Positions 57,264 to 64,000 of a DNA stretch of 64,000 nucleotides are shown here, one piece after another. The stretch spans positions 32,001-96,000 of the IMG/VR virus record IMGVR_UViG_2711768162_000009; one strand, written 5' to 3'. A program made the translations under genes and the position numbers. Source of the DNA: a virus (taxonomy: Duplodnaviria > Caudoviricetes). Under the pieces are notes generated by a model, which was given only the letters and a program-made list of their open reading frames with translations, was not told the DNA's origin and searched no databases. Position 1 is the stretch's first letter. Each line of letters starts with the position of its first letter.

Positions 57264-57290
57264 AAACCCCAGCCTATGCGCTGGGGTTTT
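57264..57290. terminator. Bidirectional terminator between convergent genes
   Basis: AAACCCCAGC-CTATGC-GCTGGGGTTTT. Confidence 0.65.
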
Positions 57291-58080
57291 CTTCACTAGG
57301 CTGTTGCGGAAGTTTGTCCAGCCACCCTTTTAACGTGCGTATATCAGAGAGTCTCAAACTTATCCATTGCGACTTCACAGTGCTATCCATGCTACCGATC
57401 TCTACAAGCCTATCTAATTCATCCACCATAGCCCGCTCAATACTATCGACTTCATAGTAAAGTGCGGTAGTTAAATTCAATCCTAGCACACAGTCTTTTA
57501 TTTTGCGGGCCACCTCGTTAACAGAAAATTCAATCATTTCTGACATTTCGCCCAGAAGCCCTTCTTTCTCCAGGGTTCGAAAGAGACCTGATAACTCCGT
57601 TACGCGTGAATAATATCTGTAATCACCTCTTGACTCCATCTCTAGCTCGGCACACGTAGCTTTAACCTCGCTTCCCAATTGAAGCCTATAAAGATTCTTT
57701 AGGCTATTCTCCATCTTTTCTATCACATCTTCGCTTCTTGACACCGCGTCATTCAACTCAACCACATAGTTACCGACAGAAATCACCTTTACGCGAGGGT
57801 ATAAAAAATAGGCAGATGCCCCCACCACCCCGATGGTGAAAAGGGATACGGCAGCCCCTCCATCAAAATCGTTCCGTAACAAAAGCAAGAGACTTAACAG
57901 GCCCGTCAAGATAACCATAGCGACTGACTCGGCAAATCTGACGGGTCTATGAAACTCAGTTGCCGAGCTTTCAATCAACGACTTTATTGGTGCAATAGAG
58001 CATCTGATAACGCCATGAAAAGCGCTTGTCCAAAACTTCTTCCAATCTTTATTCAGCCACCTCATGCGCGGGTCTCTCAT
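57274..58080 (-). CDS. Low-GC membrane-anchored hypothetical protein (moron-like; start uncertain)
   Basis: 268-aa ORF on the opposite strand, AT-rich, two TM segments then a helical domain. Confidence 0.65.
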   Translation of the reverse strand: MRDPRMRWLNKDWKKFWTSAFHGVIRCSIAPIKSLIESSATEFHRPVRFAESVAMVILTGLLSLLLLLRNDFDGGAAVSLFTIGVVGASAYFLYPRVKVISVGNYVVELNDAVSRSEDVIEKMENSLKNLYRLQLGSEVKATCAELEMESRGDYRYYSRVTELSGLFRTLEKEGLLGEMSEMIEFSVNEVARKIKDCVLGLNLTTALYYEVDSIERAMVDELDRLVEIGSMDSTVKSQWISLRLSDIRTLKGWLDKLPQQPSEENPSA

Positions 58081-58353
58081 TTATCAGGTTTTGTATATCT
58101 ACCGCAGACGATATTCGATCACGGCTATGCTCTGATCCGCAAACCCTACCTTGGCCTCAAAACAACAAACCCCCAGCCGAAGCCGAGGGTCGTCGCGATA
58201 CAGTGTCATAGGCATCCGTGCCTACGTTTGGAGGCCGGCAAGGATATGCGCGATGACCGATCCGGTCTGTAAGCGATCTCCTACAACGGCTGTAGGAAAT
58301 CGGCTACTCAAGGCGCCGCGCTCCGCTGCATCCGAGGCTCACCTGTCAGTCTG

Positions 58354-58437
58354 TCTACCCCTATTGTTCTGTATTACTAGTTCTTCGGATGAGATATAGA
58401 TAGAGGAAGTGAGGCATTTACTACAAGAACTTTGCCT
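58354..58437 (+). repeat. ~85-bp dispersed non-coding element, family B copy 3
   Basis: TCTACCCCTATTGTTCTGTA...TCGGATGAG...GAGGCATTTACTACAAGAACTTTGCCT. Confidence 0.85.
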
Positions 58438-58601
58438 TATGCTTCAGGCAGATACCTCGGATGAGAAGGGCCGCCCTCGCCTCCGGCTCGTCGCCCCCAG
58501 GCACCCTCACGATGCCAGAATTTTCCGCTTCCTCTACCAATCCGTTTTCCGTTAGTCTAAGATTCTCGAATGTAAGTCACAGCTTACTTACGGATAACGA
58601 C

Positions 58602-59429
58602 ATGGCCTCTCCCAAGAAAGCACCTAAGCCCCCAGTCCACGACCTGGACTCTCGGCCCATCAAGCATGTGCCCATGCTCGATCTGCCCGAGAACCTGATC
58701 GAGCGCTACCGCAGTCGTCGCGGGATCGAACTCTATCTGGAGATTCCCACCGAACAGCTCGACAGCGCTGCCATCGACGCCATCCCCCGCGATCTGCTGG
58801 TGAAGGAAGCTGATCTCATGGGCGCCAAGTGGTTCGACTACCGCACACTGCACCCCTGGCAGGCCACTGCCCTGTTCCTCGAAGCCTACCGCTCGGAACA
58901 CGCCTGGGTAATGCGAAAGCGCGAGGACGTCACCAACTTCTGGTTCCACAAGGGCATCAAGTGCTCAAAGCTGCACAACGCTGGCAAGCATCAGATGGTA
59001 GCGATCTGGAAGGCCCGTCAGGCTGCCGATACGGTGGGCTGCCCATACGACTTCTACTGCCGGGAACTGCTCGATTGGGCCGAACAGCGCTGCTGGACGA
59101 ACCTGCCCCGGATGAATCAGCTCTACAGCGACGACCACCTCCAGGTCATGACCGAGAAGTGGGAGACCTCCAAGCGGGTCAAGCTCCGCACTGCCACCGA
59201 CCCCTGCTACATGCGAGATGCCGGTGACGAGCCGCATCAGCAAGCCTATCGCGAATTTCTCGTAGCCCAGGCCAGGCGTCGATTCTCCCCGGAATACGCG
59301 CTTGCCAACTTGGTCTACGACAAGCAGCACCTCAATGAAGACGACGTGATTGAGCACTTCGGCCCGGACACCCTGCGCGCCTGCAAGCGTGTCGCGGTCG
59401 ATCTGTATCCCGACTCGCCTCTCATTTGA
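58602..59429 (+). CDS. Hypothetical protein heading the replication module
   Basis: 275 aa from ATG 58602, operator motif upstream, precedes hfq-like and dnaB genes. Confidence 0.75.
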   Translation: MASPKKAPKPPVHDLDSRPIKHVPMLDLPENLIERYRSRRGIELYLEIPTEQLDSAAIDAIPRDLLVKEADLMGAKWFDYRTLHPWQATALFLEAYRSEHAWVMRKREDVTNFWFHKGIKCSKLHNAGKHQMVAIWKARQAADTVGCPYDFYCRELLDWAEQRCWTNLPRMNQLYSDDHLQVMTEKWETSKRVKLRTATDPCYMRDAGDEPHQQAYREFLVAQARRRFSPEYALANLVYDKQHLNEDDVIEHFGPDTLRACKRVAVDLYPDSPLI

Positions 59430-59492
59430 GCTAAACACCCACTAAGCGCTTACTTATTATTGATACGCGCATCATCCATGAAGGAAAACGAA

Positions 59493-59807
59493 ATGCCACA
59501 CGCTACTACTCGTCCCGTTCTGTCCGTCTCTAGCCGTCGTCGCATTGAGGCCAGCAAACAGAAGCCGGGACAGAAGCCAAAGAAGGAAGACGGCTCCAAC
59601 CGTCGCAAGCTCGAGCAGCATGAGGCAGCCCTGATCCCGAGCATCCGTGCCGGCCGTCCGATCACCATCGTTCTGATTGATGGCGACCGCCTCATCGACG
59701 TGACCCCGATTGGCTTCGACCGCTACACCATTGGCGTCGAGTATGACGGGTTCCGAGAGACCGTCTTCAAGTCCGCCATCGCCCGCATCATCTTCTCCGA
59801 AGAGTAA
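59493..59807 (+). CDS. Hfq/Sm-like RNA-binding protein
   Basis: PITIVLIDG...IGFDRYTI...VFKSAIARI parallels Hfq Sm1/Sm2 (PVSIYLVNG...ESFDQFVI...VYKHAISTV); basic N-terminal extension. Confidence 0.72.
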   Translation: MPHATTRPVLSVSSRRRIEASKQKPGQKPKKEDGSNRRKLEQHEAALIPSIRAGRPITIVLIDGDRLIDVTPIGFDRYTIGVEYDGFRETVFKSAIARIIFSEE

Positions 59808-59813
59808 CCGGCA

Positions 59814-61205
59814 ATGAGTGCAAGTGCTGTCATCGCAAGCCTGGGAGCCGCCGCTGTAGCGGCTCCTTCCAGTGGCCCCTCTCCTTTCGAGCCCGAGTTC
59901 GAGACGAAGATTGTGGCGCACGTCTTGCGCGATGCGACCTTCATGCAGCAATGCGAAGAGCTTGTCGCACCGGACTTCTTCAGCGAGCAGAGCGCTCGCT
60001 ATCTGGTGTCCATCGCCAAGAAGCACTACCGCAAGTATGAAAGCGTGCCGTCCTCTCGGACCCTGGTGAAATACGTCAAGGACGCCATCAAGACCGGCCG
60101 TATCAAGAAAGCGATGGTGCCGGACATTCAAGCGCTGCTGAAAGAGGCGTTTGAAGAACCGCTGTCAGACGGCAAGTTTGTCACCGAAGAGGTATCCACC
60201 TTCGCACGTCATCGCGCCCTCCAGAAAATGATGGAGAAGGTGATCGACGACATGGAGAAGGCTGAGACAACCGGCGTTGCTCTCGACTATGGCGAAATCG
60301 AGAAGCACATGAAGGACGTCGTAATGATCGGGGCGAATGACGCTTCGAACGGCTACGACTTCTTCGGCAACATTGCTGAACGGACTGAGGTTCGAGAAGA
60401 GATCGCCAGCGGCAAGATCAAGCCCGGCGAACGCTCTATCTCGACCGGCTACCCCGCTTTCGACTCTCTTCTCTACCACAAGGGCTGGGGTCGCAAGGAA
60501 ATGGTGGTGTTCATGGGGCCGCCCAAATCGGGCAAGTCCACCGCCCTGGGACAGTTCGCCATCAATGCTGCTGTCGCCGGCTACGACACGCTCTACATCA
60601 CACTTGAGGTAAGCGATCAGGTTATGTCTGACCGGATGGATGCCTCTATGTCGGGCACTCCGATGGCCGAGTTGACCGATCGCTCAAGTTTGGTTAGAGA
60701 AGAGATCGAGAAGCTGGCGGCAAGTAGTGGCAAACTGATTCTGCATCAGTATCCTACGGGGTCGTTCACCCCGAATCAGCTTGTCCGGCTCATTGAGCAC
60801 TACAAGGCAAGGGGCACTGTGTTCGATATGGTGGTCGTCGACTATGGTGACATCATGGCGCCGAATCATCGAACTACAGACCCCATCGAGAACTCGAAAA
60901 GCATCTACGTTGACCTGCGGGCGGCTGCAATGGCCTATGACGTAGCACTATTGACCGCCACTCAGACCAATCGCGACGGTGCAAAGGCTGCCGTAGCGAC
61001 GATGACAGAGGTTGCGGAAGACTTTAACAAGATTCGCATTGCTGACCTTGTGATTTCGATCAACAAGAGTGAGGAAGAGAAAGCGAACCAGGAAGCACGC
61101 CTATATTTCGCGGCGTCTCGAAATCAGAAAAGTGACATTTGCATCCGGGTCAAGCAAGACCTCGAGCGAATGCAGTTCCTGAAAAAGATAATCGACGTGA
61201 CCTGA
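59814..61205 (+). CDS. dnaB: Replicative DnaB-like helicase
   Basis: ISTGY, GPPKSGKS, YITLE, VVVDY, TATQTNR, IADLVI. Confidence 0.93.
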   Translation: MSASAVIASLGAAAVAAPSSGPSPFEPEFETKIVAHVLRDATFMQQCEELVAPDFFSEQSARYLVSIAKKHYRKYESVPSSRTLVKYVKDAIKTGRIKKAMVPDIQALLKEAFEEPLSDGKFVTEEVSTFARHRALQKMMEKVIDDMEKAETTGVALDYGEIEKHMKDVVMIGANDASNGYDFFGNIAERTEVREEIASGKIKPGERSISTGYPAFDSLLYHKGWGRKEMVVFMGPPKSGKSTALGQFAINAAVAGYDTLYITLEVSDQVMSDRMDASMSGTPMAELTDRSSLVREEIEKLAASSGKLILHQYPTGSFTPNQLVRLIEHYKARGTVFDMVVVDYGDIMAPNHRTTDPIENSKSIYVDLRAAAMAYDVALLTATQTNRDGAKAAVATMTEVAEDFNKIRIADLVISINKSEEEKANQEARLYFAASRNQKSDICIRVKQDLERMQFLKKIIDVT

Positions 61206-61238
61206 CTGGTAACGTCCTAAAGATGGGCAGAGGACGAT

Positions 61239-61463
61239 ATGACAGACGATGCTGAGAAGCAGAGATTGCGGCGCCTAGCTGCCGAGCGCGCACGCAGAGC
61301 CAGAGCCGGTAAAGTGCAGGTGTCTTTCGCCACTTCACCTGAGATACGCGATACGCTCCGTCAAATGGCGAAGGATCACGGCTACGTCAACCAGGCTGGC
61401 GAGCCTGTTCTGAAGGACTTTCTTGAGGGTCTGGCAAAAGGCTATCAAGGGATCAACGAGTAG
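61239..61463 (+). CDS. Small DNA-binding protein (CopG/RHH-like)
   Basis: GAGGA RBS; RARRARAGKVQVSF...IRDTLRQMAKDHG. Confidence 0.55.
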   Translation: MTDDAEKQRLRRLAAERARRARAGKVQVSFATSPEIRDTLRQMAKDHGYVNQAGEPVLKDFLEGLAKGYQGINE

Positions 61464-61472
61464 CTGCCAATG

Positions 61473-61492
61473 AGGGGCTTCGGCCCCTTTTT
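61473..61492 (+). terminator. Rho-independent terminator
   Basis: AGGGGC-TTCG-GCCCCT plus T run. Confidence 0.85.
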
Positions 61493-61524
61493 CTTCCACC
61501 TAAACAGTAAGTAATGAGTGACTT

Positions 61525-62100
61525 ATGAAAGCCCACCCTTTGTTATCCGCAGCCGCGGGCACAGTCTTGATGCTCTCAGCCACCATGGCTCCGGTAGAAC
61601 ATGCAGAAGCCAAGTTCACCTCTATGAGTTCTGCCCGCAGCATGAGCGTCAGCCGCCCTTCTCTTCGTTCGACGCCCACGCGGACAGCCAGACCAACTAC
61701 GAGCACCAGGACGTCACGTTCGTCAGCACCCCGCCGGCCAACACACCACTCATCCACTACCACTTCGGCCACCACTGGGGCGGTGACAGGAGCCGCCACG
61801 GCTATCATTGCCGCAGAGCTGATTGACGAACTTGGGGATCTGGCTGCACCAGATTTCCCAGAGGCGGCTACACCCGTCGCAGTATCAGATGGAAAACAGC
61901 CCGGTGTGATCCGCTGCGAGCGACTGGAGCCAACCGGCTGCTCGATGCCAAAGGGGCTGTTCGATCGCCGCGTGGTGCCCTTCGTGGACTACGTGGAAGA
62001 CAAGACAGGCTTTGAAGGCGTCAGGGTCGTCAGCCTGCAAGCCTACCCCCATGCAGACAGTAAGCAGCTCATGTCCGGCTTCATCTACTTCGAACACTGA
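61525..62100 (+). CDS. Exported protein with S/T/R-rich linker
   Basis: Signal-peptide-like N-terminus ending in AEA; low-complexity segment. Confidence 0.65.
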   Translation: MKAHPLLSAAAGTVLMLSATMAPVEHAEAKFTSMSSARSMSVSRPSLRSTPTRTARPTTSTRTSRSSAPRRPTHHSSTTTSATTGAVTGAATAIIAAELIDELGDLAAPDFPEAATPVAVSDGKQPGVIRCERLEPTGCSMPKGLFDRRVVPFVDYVEDKTGFEGVRVVSLQAYPHADSKQLMSGFIYFEH

Positions 62101-62161
62101 CTGCCTCGAACATCACTGCGATAGTGCTTGTCACGCACACGACGCAGCAAAGGAAGCGATC

Positions 62162-62521
62162 ATGGCCACCAATACCCTATTCAGGCTCAAACGACCCTGT
62201 GCCAACTGCCCGTTTCGCGCTGACGACCAGGCCATTGACCTAGCGCCTGGACGTATCGAAAGCATTGCCGAAGAGATCACCAGTGGAGACGGCCTGCTCT
62301 TCTACTGCCACAAGACGCTCAGTGGCGACCGCGATCACGACGACGAAGATGGCTACGAGCCAGGCGCAAGCGATTCCGTCTGCGCGGGCTCACTGATCTT
62401 CCAGATGAAAGCCGGCCGCGTGCCCATCCCCGCCCGGTTTGCCTTCATGACTGATCGCGAATTCCCCAACAGGCTCTCAAGTCAGTTCGACAGCGTGATC
62501 GACCCGGAGGACGTGCTATGA
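62162..62521 (+). CDS. Cys/His metal-binding hypothetical protein
   Basis: PCANCPFR...FYCHK...CAG; AAGGA RBS. Confidence 0.7.
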   Translation: MATNTLFRLKRPCANCPFRADDQAIDLAPGRIESIAEEITSGDGLLFYCHKTLSGDRDHDDEDGYEPGASDSVCAGSLIFQMKAGRVPIPARFAFMTDREFPNRLSSQFDSVIDPEDVL

Positions 62522-62811
62522 GCAAGCGCGAGGTGGGCCGTTACTGGCTCAAGATGGATGACGAGTGGACGATTGGGTTCTGGGACGGCCACTGCTGGGA
62601 TGATGGCGAGCACTTCGGCCTCTCTGACAGTGACTACGAACAAGTTGGCCCACCCCCGCTCACGCCTGATGACCTGCAAGGCCATAACCTGGAACAGCGG
62701 AAGATAGGTGCTGCTGATTTCCGAGCAGAGGTCTCGGCGTCACTCAACATCGTCCTGCGGCCTCACATCGAGGGCGTGTTTCAAGCCTGGCTCCGTCGGC
62801 AGGACAGCTAA
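62518..62811 (+). CDS. Hypothetical protein
   Basis: 97 aa, ATGA overlap; Trp-rich N-terminus. Confidence 0.6.
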   Translation: MSKREVGRYWLKMDDEWTIGFWDGHCWDDGEHFGLSDSDYEQVGPPPLTPDDLQGHNLEQRKIGAADFRAEVSASLNIVLRPHIEGVFQAWLRRQDS

Positions 62812-62881
62812 CGCACTGTCTCACCATCACTCAGCGCAGCATACTTGCGTCTGAAAAAGTAAGTAACGAGTGACTGCACAC

Positions 62882-63961
62882 ATGGCAAATCTCAAAAAGC
62901 TGCTCGAAGACCTGGACATGAGGGACTATCTCGACACCCAGGGCATCACTTACAAAACCTCTCGCTCTCGGAAAGGGCTACAGCTCATTGTGAAAGAGTG
63001 CCCCGTCTGTGGCAGTGACAAGTGGAAGGTCTACCTCAACGAGCGCACCGGGCTAGGGAACTGTTTTGATGGCGACCATCCCCCTGGCGAGAACTTCAAC
63101 AAGTGGTCGTTCGTAAAAGCCAACATCGGTGCTACCAGCGGCAAGCAAGTCGCAGAGCACCTTGAGCAATACATGGAAGACCTGGGCTTTGTCATTGAGC
63201 GTGACCGCCGTGAGGTGAGCTACGAGGCCATCACCGACCTGCCAGAGCCATCGACCCCGATGCCCGATAGGGAGGGTCGTATCGCGACCTACCTGTGGGA
63301 GCGAAACGTGACGGCCAGGGCCTGCGAATACTTCAAGCTGAGGTTCTGTTCTGAAGGCAGGTTCCGCTTCAAGCAAGACGGGCGCGAGGGCTACCAGGAC
63401 TTCTCCATGCGCGTAATCATCCCGGTGTTCGACATTACCGGCGACTACCGCACATTCCAGGGACGGGACATTACCGGCACCGCAGACGACAAGTATCGCT
63501 TCGCGATGGGAATGCCAGCTTCGGGTGCCTATCTCTACAACGGGCATAACGCTCTTGGCAAAGCACACGTCATCGTCAGCGAAGGCGCTTTCGACGTGTG
63601 GTCGATCCAGCAGTTTCTGTGGGATCAGGGCATGACCGACGTCGAAGCCATTGGGACGTTCGGCAAGCACCTCTCTCAGACAAGCGATAACGAGGAAGAC
63701 CAGCTTTCGGCTTTCCTCATGCTGCGTGACGCCGGCCTCAAGTCGGTGACGTTCATGTGGGATGCCGAACCCGCTGCCATACGCGACGCCCTAGCTGCTT
63801 GTGACCTGCTTGAGTCACACGGCATCAAGTGTCGCTTTGCGCAGCTCCCACCGGGCCTCGACCCCAACGAGGCCACCCCTGCGGAGATCGGTGCCGCTAT
63901 CGCCAGCGCAAAGCCTTACTCGAAGGCCCTTCGAAACCGGCTGCGCTTAAAAATGCTGTGA
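62882..63961 (+). CDS. DNA primase (Zn finger plus TOPRIM)
   Basis: ECPVCG...GNCF, RVIIP, FQGRDI, VSEGAFD, MWDAE, DPNE. Confidence 0.92.
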   Translation: MANLKKLLEDLDMRDYLDTQGITYKTSRSRKGLQLIVKECPVCGSDKWKVYLNERTGLGNCFDGDHPPGENFNKWSFVKANIGATSGKQVAEHLEQYMEDLGFVIERDRREVSYEAITDLPEPSTPMPDREGRIATYLWERNVTARACEYFKLRFCSEGRFRFKQDGREGYQDFSMRVIIPVFDITGDYRTFQGRDITGTADDKYRFAMGMPASGAYLYNGHNALGKAHVIVSEGAFDVWSIQQFLWDQGMTDVEAIGTFGKHLSQTSDNEEDQLSAFLMLRDAGLKSVTFMWDAEPAAIRDALAACDLLESHGIKCRFAQLPPGLDPNEATPAEIGAAIASAKPYSKALRNRLRLKML

Positions 63962-64000
63962 CAACCAGCATTCTTATACATAGAATAGTAAGTAACGAGT

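Larger units (their letters stand above)
1..64000. mobile_element. Tailed phage (siphovirus-type) genome segment, possibly an SSU5-like phage-plasmid
   Basis: Continuous terminase-portal-scaffold-capsid-tail-tape measure-fibre-lysis run plus DnaB and primase; no host housekeeping operon. Phage-plasmid status is an inference from gene content only. Confidence 0.93.

Noticed and set aside
18638-61205. Inteins or introns in terL or dnaB
   Set aside because: Both are normal length with contiguous motifs.
1-64000. Prophage boundary or host assignment
   Set aside because: No integrase, att site or host genes in the window; acidic proteins hint at a halotolerant proteobacterial host, but the sequence alone cannot support this.

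Overview
The whole window is phage DNA with no recognisable host genes. It is a large, GC-rich, lambda-tail-type siphovirus. Its gene set (tandem ParB-like genes, ABC ATPase/GNAT, terminase, portal, capsid, tail, PhoH, DnaB, primase) recalls SSU5/pHCM2-type phage-plasmids, but that assignment is from memory of gene order and no rep or integrase gene is visible here. Layout: 1-12 kb is accessory/early DNA (Acb2-like anti-CBASS gene, methyltransferase, glutaredoxin, thioredoxin, HEPN-like protein, candidate structured RNAs, repeat tracts). 12-18 kb holds an SF2 helicase and a ParB-ParB-ABC-GNAT module. 18-37 kb is head and tail. 37-56 kb is an expanded tail-fibre region, and 56-64 kb is PhoH, Hfq-like and replication genes. 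The standout feature is a RiPP-like maturation cluster inside the tail-fibre region. Two unrelated small proteins each lie directly after an S74-chaperone tail fibre gene and both end in NCNCLCRD. Next to them are two radical SAM/SPASM enzymes, three 2OG-Fe(II) oxygenase-like proteins, a duplicated unknown protein and two glycosyltransferase-like genes. This suggests enzymatic modification of fibre-tip proteins. An 18-bp palindrome (TAAGTMA-N4-TKACTTA) marks about 25 intergenic sites, and two longer dispersed non-coding repeat families are also present. All calls come from reading motifs by eye; no searches were run.
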